This document shows, one piece after another, positions 55,122 to 63,098 of a DNA stretch of 64,000 nucleotides. The DNA lies in assembly GCA_045863235.1 (NCBI GenBank), contig BTUM01000008.1:72767-136766 (forward strand). Direction: 5' to 3'. The notes beneath the pieces were generated by a model. The model worked only from the letters and a program-made list of their open reading frames with translations. It was not told the origin of the DNA and did not search any database. The stretch's first letter is position 1. Every line of letters starts with the position of its first letter. The translations under genes were made by a program, and so were the position numbers. Origin of the DNA: Candidatus Xenobia bacterium (lineage in GTDB: Bacteria > Vulcanimicrobiota > Xenobia > Xenobiales > QWHO01).

Positions 55122-56096
55122 TTAGCGGTAAAGACGCGCCAACTTGCCCGAGTCGATCAGCCCGCTGAGGGCGTCGATGGTCTCGGGGTGATGGCGGGAG
55201 ATGCGCTCGGCATAGAAGGCGCGCGTGTTCTCCTGATAGTCTTCATGGCGGTGCAGGCTGAAATAGCGGTCCACATCCTCGGCCATGGCCAGCACCCAGG
55301 CCTCGATGGGCGTGTTGCTGCCGGGCTCGAAGACGTCATGGTGGGCCGCCACGAGCGGCGCCAGGTGGCGGAGAGCCCCGGTGCTCACCAGAAACTCGGC
55401 TCCCACCCTCGAATGCTCGCGCAGCACCTCGTCGAAGGGTTGCCCGGCCAGCAAGAGACAGCCGATATCGTGGTAAAACGAGGCGTCCCAGACCTCCTGA
55501 CGAGACTGGGCCGAGAGATCGAGCATGCTGGCCAGCTTGGTCGACAACCGGGCCACCCGCTCGACATGGCCTGGGCCTTCGGGCACTATGCGGTCGGTGG
55601 CCCCCACCAACAGGTCCAGGGTGCCCGACAGGAGCGACTGCTCCTCTTCCCGGGCCTTGACCATCTCATGCACCAGCCCTACAAGCACCCCCAGCTCTCT
55701 GAGCAGCTCGAGATCACCCCCGGTAGCTTTCAAGACCCCCACCAGCGAACCGAATCGGGTCACCGGGAAAGCCCGCTCCTGGCCTTCGGCCAGCTCCTCG
55801 CAATAGAGCGCGCAGCGGCCAACCAGCGAAGACTCGTCCACCGGTGTGCGACGCAAGATGGGGGAATCGACCTCCTCGCGGTTCTGGGGCACCACCCCCT
55901 CGAGCACCCGGGTCTGCTCGCACTGACCGGGCCGCACCAGCACGTTCTGAGAGAAGCGATAGAGAAAAAAACGGCTCTCAGAGGCCTGCACCCTGAGGGC
56001 CGATTCCTCCACCGCGGCCACGAACTGAGGCATGGTCCGGCTCAGGGAGAGCTCTCCCAGGTAGTGCAGCCAGTCGAGGCGGGTGGTGGTGGCCAT
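55122..56096 (-). CDS. GAF-like + degenerate HD-GYP domain protein (paralogue A)
   Basis: GHVERVA, YHDIG, EHSRVG, AHHD; no GYP loop. Confidence 0.8.
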   Translation of the reverse strand: MATTTRLDWLHYLGELSLSRTMPQFVAAVEESALRVQASESRFFLYRFSQNVLVRPGQCEQTRVLEGVVPQNREEVDSPILRRTPVDESSLVGRCALYCEELAEGQERAFPVTRFGSLVGVLKATGGDLELLRELGVLVGLVHEMVKAREEEQSLLSGTLDLLVGATDRIVPEGPGHVERVARLSTKLASMLDLSAQSRQEVWDASFYHDIGCLLLAGQPFDEVLREHSRVGAEFLVSTGALRHLAPLVAAHHDVFEPGSNTPIEAWVLAMAEDVDRYFSLHRHEDYQENTRAFYAERISRHHPETIDALSGLIDSGKLARLYR

Positions 56097-56184
56097 TGGA
56101 GGCTGCTAGCTACGCTCAGGCAGCCGGGTGCTCCTGCCCGAGGGAAGGAGCGGCTCGACCCGGACGAGAAAGTCGCCGCTTCCC

Positions 56185-57078
56185 ATGGCGACGAGCGAGC
56201 ACATACTGGATTGGCCCCGTTTGCTGGGCGAGCTGTCGCTCAACCGCACCGCGGCCCAGTTCACCGAAACGGTGGAGAGGCTGGCTCAGGAGCTGGGGGC
56301 CCGGGAGGTCCGCTTCCACCTGTACGAAATGGATGCCGCCCAGCTGGTGCGCGGCCACGAGCGGTTGAAAGTGGACCCCTCTACCTTGCAGGGGACCTGC
56401 GCCCTTTACTGCGAGCCGGTGGAGACGCCCGAGGGAAGCGCCTGGCCGGTGACCCGCTTCGGCTCGCTGATCGGGGTGCTGAGCGCCGCCCAGGGACGGC
56501 TGGGAGAGCTGGCCGGAGCAGCCGGGCTGATGTTCGAGCCAGTGCGTATCCGCGAGGAGGCGGCCACCTGCCTGGCCGCTCTGCAGGGTCTGTTGACCGC
56601 CGCCGTGGATCGAGTTGCGCCGGGCAGCACCGGCCACGTGGCCCGGGTGGCCCGCCTGGCCCTGGAGCTCGGCTCCATGCTCGACCTCTCCCCCCAGGCC
56701 CGCCAGGACCTGTGGGACGCGGCCCACTTCCACGACGTGGGCTGGCTGCTGCTGCAGCACCAGTCTTATGAGGAGCAGCTAGCCGGCCACAGCGAGGCAG
56801 GGGCGGGCTTTCTGGAGCAGACCGAAGCCCTGCGCCTGCTCTCACCCCTGGTCGAGAATCACCACCAGACCTACCCGGCCAGCAAGCCCGTGGCCATGGA
56901 AGCCTGGATCCTGGCCCTGGCCGAGGAACTGGACGAGCTCTTCAGCGAGCACCCCGGCCCTCTGGAGGAGAAAACCCGCGACTTCTACTCCAGCCACGCT
57001 GGCAAGCACAATCCCGAGGTGGTGGACGCGCTCAGCTCTCTGATCGACTCGGGCCGGCTGCAAGAGCTCTACAGCTGA
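56185..57078 (+). CDS. GAF-like + degenerate HD-GYP domain protein (paralogue B)
   Basis: GHVARVA, FHDVG, GHSEAG, NHHQ; no GYP loop; collinear with paralogue A. Confidence 0.8.
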   Translation: MATSEHILDWPRLLGELSLNRTAAQFTETVERLAQELGAREVRFHLYEMDAAQLVRGHERLKVDPSTLQGTCALYCEPVETPEGSAWPVTRFGSLIGVLSAAQGRLGELAGAAGLMFEPVRIREEAATCLAALQGLLTAAVDRVAPGSTGHVARVARLALELGSMLDLSPQARQDLWDAAHFHDVGWLLLQHQSYEEQLAGHSEAGAGFLEQTEALRLLSPLVENHHQTYPASKPVAMEAWILALAEELDELFSEHPGPLEEKTRDFYSSHAGKHNPEVVDALSSLIDSGRLQELYS

Positions 57079-57079
57079 C

Positions 57080-59794
57080 GTGAAACGCTTCCGCGACCTC
57101 TCCATCTCGCGCAAGCTGGTCTTGTTCGCGCTGCTGGTCGCCAGCCTGGCCCTGGCTCTCTCTAGCCTGGCCTACGCCATTTACAGCCACTTCAGCGTGC
57201 GCGGCACCCTGGCCGAGAACACCCGCACCCTGGCCGAGGTGGTGGGCAAGAACTGCCAACCGATGCTCATGTTCGGGGAGGGCTATGAGAAGGAGGCCCA
57301 GGAAGTGCTCGGCTCGCTGCGGGCCAAGGGCGCGGTCACCTGGGCTGGTGTCTATACCAGGCCGCCTGAGGTCAAGGTCTACGCCACCTACCGTCGGTTG
57401 GACGTGGACGCTTCCGAGATCCCCAGCGCCCCGCCTCCGGTGGGATTCGTCAACGGGCGCTATCGGGCCACGACCCGGATCACCGAGCCGGGGGGCGAAC
57501 CGGTGGGAACCCTGGTGGTGGAGACCGACCTGACGGAGTACTGGAAGCAGATCACGACCTCGACCCTGGTCTCGCTCTTGATCTTCGTGCTCACCTCCCT
57601 GGTCGCAACCCTGGTGGCCATCCGCTTGCAGGGCGTGATCTCCGGCCCGATCCTGAGCCTGGCCGAGACCGCCCGTCAGGTCAGCGCCCAGCACAACTAT
57701 TCGCTGCGGGCCGTCAAGCAGGGCAACGACGAGACCGGATTCCTGATCGACTCGTTCAACTCCATGCTGAGCCAGATCGAGGTGGTCAACGCCGAGCTGG
57801 CAGTGGCCCGCGATCACGCCCTGGAGGCATCCAGCGCCAAGAGCAGCTTCCTGGCCAACATGTCGCACGAGATCCGCACCCCCATGAACGGCATCATCGG
57901 GCTGACCCGGCTGGCCCTGCAGAGCGAGCTGACCCCGGTGCAGCGCGAGTATCTGAGCATGGTCTCGCGCTCGGCCGACACCCTGCTGCAGATCCTCAAC
58001 GACATCCTGGACTTCTCCAAGATCGAAGCCGGCATGCTGGACTTCGACCCCCACCCCTTCTCTATCCGCGAGCTGATCAGCACGGTGGCCAAGCTGATGG
58101 CCGTGCGGGCCCACGAGAAGGGGCTGGAGCTGGTCACCGAGGTGGACCCGCGCCTGCGCCCCACCATCGTCAGCGACTCCACCCGCCTGCAGCAGGTTCT
58201 GCTCAACCTGGTGGGCAACGCCGTCAAGTTCACCGAGCAGGGCGAGGTGGTCATCCGGGTCAAGCTGGAGGAGGAGACAAAGGACGAGGTTCGTCTGCAC
58301 CTGACTGTCTCGGATACCGGGGTAGGCATTCCCAAGGACAAGATCGACTCTATCTTCGCCGCCTTCGCCCAGGCCGACGTTTCCACCACCCGCAAGTACG
58401 GCGGCACCGGACTGGGCCTTTCTATCACCGTCAAGCTGGTCGAGATGATGGGCGGCAAGATCTGGGCCGAGAGCGAGCCGGGCAAGGGCTCCACCTTCCA
58501 CTTCACGCTCAAGGCCGGCATCAGTGAGGAGACCCCGGTGGAGGTCTCGGCCGAGCCCCTCAAGGGCCTGCGCCTGCTGGTCGTGGACGACAACGCCACC
58601 AACCTGCGGGTGATGATGGATCTCTTGCGCGGCTGGCAGGCCCGGCCGGTGGCCGCCAAGAGCGGGCCCGAGGCTCTCGAGGCCATGCGACTGGCGGTGC
58701 GCCAGAACGAGCCCTTCGACCTGGTGCTGCTGGACATGCACATGCCCGAGATGGACGGCCTGGAGCTGGCCCACGAGATTCACCTCGACGAGAAGCTGTC
58801 GGCCTCGGTCGTCATGATGCTGAACTCGTCCAACCTCAAGGGCGACGCCGAGCGGGGCCGGGCCGAGGGGATCGTGGCCACCATGACCAAGCCGGTCAGC
58901 GAGAACGAGCTGCTGCGCGCCATGGCCACCCATCTGCGGGGCCGCACCGGCAAGACCGGCCAGTTGGGCCCGGCCCCGGTGGTCCGCACCGACCAGCCAG
59001 CCCTGCACGTGCTGCTGGCCGAGGACAACAAGGTCAACCAGACCCTGGCCATCATCACCCTCGAGCAGATGGGCCACAGCGTGAAGGTGGCCAGCAACGG
59101 GCGCGAGGCCATCGAGCTCTACGGCAACGAGCCGTTCGACCTCATCTTGATGGACCTGCAGATGCCCGATATGGACGGATTTCAGGCCGTGGCCGCCATC
59201 CGCGAGTCGGAGCAGGGAGGCTCCCAGCGCATCCCCATCATCGCCCTCACCGCCCATGCCCTCAAGGGCGACCGCGAGCGATGCCTGGCCTCGGGGATGA
59301 CGGGCTACGTGTCCAAGCCGCTCGACCCGGAGCTGCTCGCCAAAGAGATTGCCGTGGTCACCCAGGGCAAGGTACTGGTCGGGGCCCAACCGGCTCAAGA
59401 GCGGGCGGCTGAGCCGGAGGTCGTGGCAGCGGCAGAGCTCGGGCCAGCGTCGGCCGCCGTGAGCATCGACCGGGACGCGTTCTTGAAGCGCTGCGCCAAC
59501 AACTGGAAGCTGGCCGAAACGCTGATCGGTCAGTTCCGCGACACCCGCGGCCAGATGGCCGCCGAGCTGGTGAAGGCGGTGGAGGCGGGCGACGGGGCCG
59601 CGGCCGCCCGGGCGGCTCACGCCATCAAGGGCGTGGTGGCGGTGTTCGGCGCCGACGACCTGGTGGCCGCTGCCAAACGGGTGGAGGAGCTGGGCAAGGC
59701 CGGCGATCTCGGCGAGCTGAAGGGCGTGGCGGACGGCCTGCTGGCCGACTGCGAGGGCCTGGTCGGGGTGCTGGAGCGGCTCACGCCGCCCTGA
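57080..59794 (+). CDS. Hybrid sensor histidine kinase (periplasmic sensor-HAMP-HisKA-HATPase-REC-REC-HPt)
   Basis: MSHEIRTPMN, NLVGNAVKFT, GGTGLGL, LLDMHMP, LMDLQMP, HPt AHAIKG. Confidence 0.95.
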   Translation: MKRFRDLSISRKLVLFALLVASLALALSSLAYAIYSHFSVRGTLAENTRTLAEVVGKNCQPMLMFGEGYEKEAQEVLGSLRAKGAVTWAGVYTRPPEVKVYATYRRLDVDASEIPSAPPPVGFVNGRYRATTRITEPGGEPVGTLVVETDLTEYWKQITTSTLVSLLIFVLTSLVATLVAIRLQGVISGPILSLAETARQVSAQHNYSLRAVKQGNDETGFLIDSFNSMLSQIEVVNAELAVARDHALEASSAKSSFLANMSHEIRTPMNGIIGLTRLALQSELTPVQREYLSMVSRSADTLLQILNDILDFSKIEAGMLDFDPHPFSIRELISTVAKLMAVRAHEKGLELVTEVDPRLRPTIVSDSTRLQQVLLNLVGNAVKFTEQGEVVIRVKLEEETKDEVRLHLTVSDTGVGIPKDKIDSIFAAFAQADVSTTRKYGGTGLGLSITVKLVEMMGGKIWAESEPGKGSTFHFTLKAGISEETPVEVSAEPLKGLRLLVVDDNATNLRVMMDLLRGWQARPVAAKSGPEALEAMRLAVRQNEPFDLVLLDMHMPEMDGLELAHEIHLDEKLSASVVMMLNSSNLKGDAERGRAEGIVATMTKPVSENELLRAMATHLRGRTGKTGQLGPAPVVRTDQPALHVLLAEDNKVNQTLAIITLEQMGHSVKVASNGREAIELYGNEPFDLILMDLQMPDMDGFQAVAAIRESEQGGSQRIPIIALTAHALKGDRERCLASGMTGYVSKPLDPELLAKEIAVVTQGKVLVGAQPAQERAAEPEVVAAAELGPASAAVSIDRDAFLKRCANNWKLAETLIGQFRDTRGQMAAELVKAVEAGDGAAAARAAHAIKGVVAVFGADDLVAAAKRVEELGKAGDLGELKGVADGLLADCEGLVGVLERLTPP

Positions 59795-59829
59795 GCAGGG
59801 TGTCGGCCCACCCCGGGGAAACCCGGGTG

Positions 59830-60849
59830 ATGGAGCCTCTGTCGAACCCTGGAACTGACCAGCCTGGCACCGACTGCCCTCGAACGGACTTCGAACGAGT
59901 CGACTACGAGCAACCGCACTTCATTCGGATGAAAGAGATTCTGCGGTCGCATCCCGAGATCAAGCAGCTTTTCGGCCCCGATGCCCGCATCGCAAAATGG
60001 ACCGTGTCTCTGGTGGCCGGGCAACTGGCCCTGGGCGCCATTCTGGCCAACCGACCCCTCTGGGTCATTGTGCTGGCCGCCTACCTGATCGGCGCGGTGG
60101 CCAATCACGCGCTCTGGGTGGTGATTCACGAGTGCGCCCACCGGCTGGTTTTTCGCGGAGCCGTGGGGAACCGGCTGCTCTGCCTGCTGGCCAACTGGCC
60201 CCAGGTCGTGCCCGGAGGCATCCCCTTCTGCAAGTATCACCTTCTGCACCACGCCCACCAGGGAGAGCAAGACCTGGACGGCGACCTGGCCACCGCCGAC
60301 GAGGCGCGCTGGGTCGGCAACAGCACGGTTCGCAAGGCGCTCCTGATGCTGTTCTTCTCCTTCATCCAGGGAACCATCCGGCCGGCCCAACTGACTCGCG
60401 TCCGACTCTGGGACGGTTGGTTCGTGGCCAACATCATCAGCCAGTTGCTCTTTCTCAGCTACTACGTCCAACTGGCCGGCTGGGGAGCCGTCCTCTACCT
60501 GTGCGCGTCGTTCGTGTTCAGCATCGGCCTGCATCCGCTGGGAGGGCGCTGGATCGCAGAGCACTACCTGCGCCACGGGCATCAAGAGACCTACTCCTAC
60601 TACGGGCCGCTCAACCGCCTGAGTTTCAACGTGGGCTACCATAACGAGCATCACGATTTCATGCAGGTTCCCTGGTGCCGATTGCCCCAGGTGCGGGCCA
60701 TCGCCTCCGTGCACTATGACCGGCTCTACGCCCACCCGTCCTGGCCGGAGGTCTTGCAGCGCTTCATCCTGAGCCCCCAGAGCACGCTCTACGACCGGAT
60801 CGTGCGCCCCGCACCCCGTCGGGGCCACCAGGACGTTCGGGCGGACTGA
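59830..60849 (+). CDS. Sphingolipid delta-4 desaturase (DES1/DEGS)-like membrane desaturase
   Basis: N-terminal DFERVDYEQPH..R..EIL..HPEIK.L, His boxes HECAH / HLLHH / HNEHH, ETYSYYGPLN..FNVGYHNEHHDF. Confidence 0.85.
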   Translation: MEPLSNPGTDQPGTDCPRTDFERVDYEQPHFIRMKEILRSHPEIKQLFGPDARIAKWTVSLVAGQLALGAILANRPLWVIVLAAYLIGAVANHALWVVIHECAHRLVFRGAVGNRLLCLLANWPQVVPGGIPFCKYHLLHHAHQGEQDLDGDLATADEARWVGNSTVRKALLMLFFSFIQGTIRPAQLTRVRLWDGWFVANIISQLLFLSYYVQLAGWGAVLYLCASFVFSIGLHPLGGRWIAEHYLRHGHQETYSYYGPLNRLSFNVGYHNEHHDFMQVPWCRLPQVRAIASVHYDRLYAHPSWPEVLQRFILSPQSTLYDRIVRPAPRRGHQDVRAD

Positions 60850-61029
60850 GACCCGGCCGGGAGGATTTTGGAACCCGCTCTTTCAGGAAACGGTCACACA
60901 ATTCTTCCAGGACCACGTCCTGCCGGGAGCCGTCCTGGTGGACTTGCTCCGACCGACCGGAGGCCGGGCGAGTCTACCCCGCCCGACCCAAAGCGCTGTT
61001 ACGCGGGCGATGCGACGAAGCTCAGAAGG

Positions 61030-61674
61030 TCAGCTCCCAGATGCCTCGCGACGCCGACTCGATTCGGAGATTCCTTTGGAGATCTCCGGGTACTTCTCCG
61101 GATGCTTGACCAGTTCGTAGCCGATCTTCAGCTTGCCACCCACCAGCGCGCCGGTGGGAGCTCCCGCCAGCAACCCGGCGATGGCGCCCGTGACTCCACC
61201 ACTGGAGGCCATATGGGCCCCCACCAGCGGAGCTGCGAAGCCGCTCAAGAGCGCTCCCCCGACCAGGCCGCCCAGCGTGGCGACGGCGGTGTAAAAGATC
61301 TGCCCTGAACCCGGTCCGTGGCGATGGTAGGTGTAGGCGCCCGCCAGAGCTGCCGCGCCCAGAGTGACCACCGTTGCCACCGTCTTGCCGGCCAGCCAGC
61401 CGACCACCGTACCCACCGGTCCCCCCATGGTGCCCAGAGCAGCGCCGGCAGCGCCCAGCGCCAACCCCGCGCCGATGGCCCACGGCAGGGCCGACTTGCC
61501 AAGATCTTTGGCCTCCTTCATCCAGGCATTGGGGTCGGCCTTCGCCGGCGGGGCTTCGACCTGACCGGTCACCTGGTCGGCCGGGATGGGAGCGCTCGCT
61601 TCGTCAGTGGCTTGATTGGCCGCGGTTTGGCGTGTCCAGCCCGCGGCGGCGCTGGAGGTAGCGGTGAGAATCAT
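61030..61674 (-). CDS. Glycine-zipper membrane protein (hypothetical)
   Basis: Ala/Thr-rich N-terminus followed by several GxxxG hydrophobic helices; SD GAGGG. Confidence 0.7.
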   Translation of the reverse strand: MILTATSSAAAGWTRQTAANQATDEASAPIPADQVTGQVEAPPAKADPNAWMKEAKDLGKSALPWAIGAGLALGAAGAALGTMGGPVGTVVGWLAGKTVATVVTLGAAALAGAYTYHRHGPGSGQIFYTAVATLGGLVGGALLSGFAAPLVGAHMASSGGVTGAIAGLLAGAPTGALVGGKLKIGYELVKHPEKYPEISKGISESSRRREASGS

Positions 61675-61778
61675 GAGTTGGATACCCTCTCTAGAACGGC
61701 TTATCTCTCTATTTGTATCGGATCCATTCTAGGCAGTCTGACTGAAGCAAAGCTGAAAGGCTCAAGCGCTCCGAGGAC

Positions 61779-63029
61779 TCAGGCTGCGCTCAATTGATCA
61801 AGGTCTGGCGTGCCGCGCAGGTCGGACAGGTACTGCCCCTCAATTCCTCCGGTAAACTCGCCGCCGGTGCGCCAGAAGCGGTCCTGGCCCCAGGCATCCT
61901 GGCCCAGATAGATGACGTTCCAGCCCTGATTCTCGCTGGTGGTGTCGCCGGGGTTCTCGAAATAGCGCAGCTCGCCCGGTTGCAGGCGGTCGCTGGTCGG
62001 GTCGAAGGCCCCCAGCTCGGGCCCGGCCCCATAATCGACCGAGGGGCCCGCGCTGATGCGCCAGGCGCCGCTGTCCTGGTTGCCATCCACGCTGTCGTAG
62101 TGACCGAACAAGAACAGGTCGGAATGGGACTGGCTGAACGTATCGGCGCCCACCGTATCGAGCTCGGCCTTCAGTCCGACGGCTCGCACGGCGGTGGCGC
62201 AGTCGAAGGCGTAGTTCTGGCGGTTGACAAAGAGGTCCTGGACGGCCCGAGTGGGGTCGGCGCCCGGCTTGAGCTCGAGCACGCTGTGCTGCTGCCCGTC
62301 CAGCTCTCGGGTGCCCATCTGCCAGGAATCGCTCGGCCCCAGCAAGCGCGGGGTGGGGCTGGACTCGAAGGCCCAGCCATCCCCTGCCTCTTCGGCTGCT
62401 CGCACCACGTTGGCGCGATACTGCTGATCCAGGCTTGCAGGCGTGGAGTCGGGCACGATTGGGCCGGGCTCGGCCGGGCCCGCGACCGGAGGAGCCGGTG
62501 TGGGTCGCTCGGCGGGCGGAGTCACGGGGGGACGCTCGGCCGGGCCCGCAACCGGAGGAGCCGGCGTGGGTCGCTCGGCGGGCGGAGTCACGGGCGGACG
62601 CTCGGCCGGGCCCGCGACCGGAGGAGCCGGCGTGGGTCGCTCGGCGGGCGGAGTCACGGGGGGACGCTCGGCCGGGCCCGCGACCGGAGGAGCCGGCGTG
62701 GGTCGCTCGGAGGGTGGACACTTGGCGGAGGCGGGCTTGCTCGGCCCCTGCATGGTGGCATGAGAGCCCTGCCCGCGGGGGCAGAGTCCCTCCAGCCAGG
62801 ACAGGCGCGGGCACTCTTCCCCTCCCTGATGGCTTTCTTGCCGGCCCGCCAGCCGGGCGAAGAGCTGCCCAAGCCGGTCGGCCAGCATCAAGCGCAGGTC
62901 CGGGCCCCGCTGCCCGCCATGCCAATTTCGCTCACAGGATGGGGCGTTGTGTCTCGAGCCATACCGCCGGGCTCGTTCGGTCTCGCCCCCTCGGGCCGGG
63001 GAAAAATCCATCCAGCTCAGGCCGCGCAT
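61779..63029 (-). CDS. Pro-rich repeat protein with C-terminal Tgl-like (protein-glutamine gamma-glutamyltransferase) domain
   Basis: AVQDLF....YAFDCATA, PGELRYFENP, QGWNVIYLG resemble Bacillus Tgl motifs; SD GAGGAGG. Confidence 0.7.
   Translation of the reverse strand: MRGLSWMDFSPARGGETERARRYGSRHNAPSCERNWHGGQRGPDLRLMLADRLGQLFARLAGRQESHQGGEECPRLSWLEGLCPRGQGSHATMQGPSKPASAKCPPSERPTPAPPVAGPAERPPVTPPAERPTPAPPVAGPAERPPVTPPAERPTPAPPVAGPAERPPVTPPAERPTPAPPVAGPAEPGPIVPDSTPASLDQQYRANVVRAAEEAGDGWAFESSPTPRLLGPSDSWQMGTRELDGQQHSVLELKPGADPTRAVQDLFVNRQNYAFDCATAVRAVGLKAELDTVGADTFSQSHSDLFLFGHYDSVDGNQDSGAWRISAGPSVDYGAGPELGAFDPTSDRLQPGELRYFENPGDTTSENQGWNVIYLGQDAWGQDRFWRTGGEFTGGIEGQYLSDLRGTPDLDQLSAA
62468..62710. 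repeat. 66-bp coding tandem repeat, about 3.7 copies (PAERPTPAPPVAGPAERPPVTP)
   Basis: Units start at 62468, 62534, 62600 and 62666. Confidence 0.95.
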
Positions 63030-63069
63030 CGAGTCCTCCTCAATTTCAGGTATGCCAGGTCGAAATCAT

Positions 63070-63096
63070 CCCAGGGCCCGTCGCGCGGGCCCTGGG
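63070..63096 (-). terminator. GC-rich hairpin just after the stop of the SPM-like gene (terminator or processing stem)
   Basis: Perfect 11-bp stem cccagggcccg / cgggccctggg with 5-nt loop; weak U-tract. Confidence 0.5.
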
Positions 63097-63098
63097 GG

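Noticed and set aside
54651..56771. 706-aa plus-strand ORF spanning three genes
   Set aside because: Off-frame or antisense to better-supported CDSs; no recognisable domain
57032..59620. 862-aa minus-strand ORF
   Set aside because: Antisense shadow of the hybrid histidine kinase
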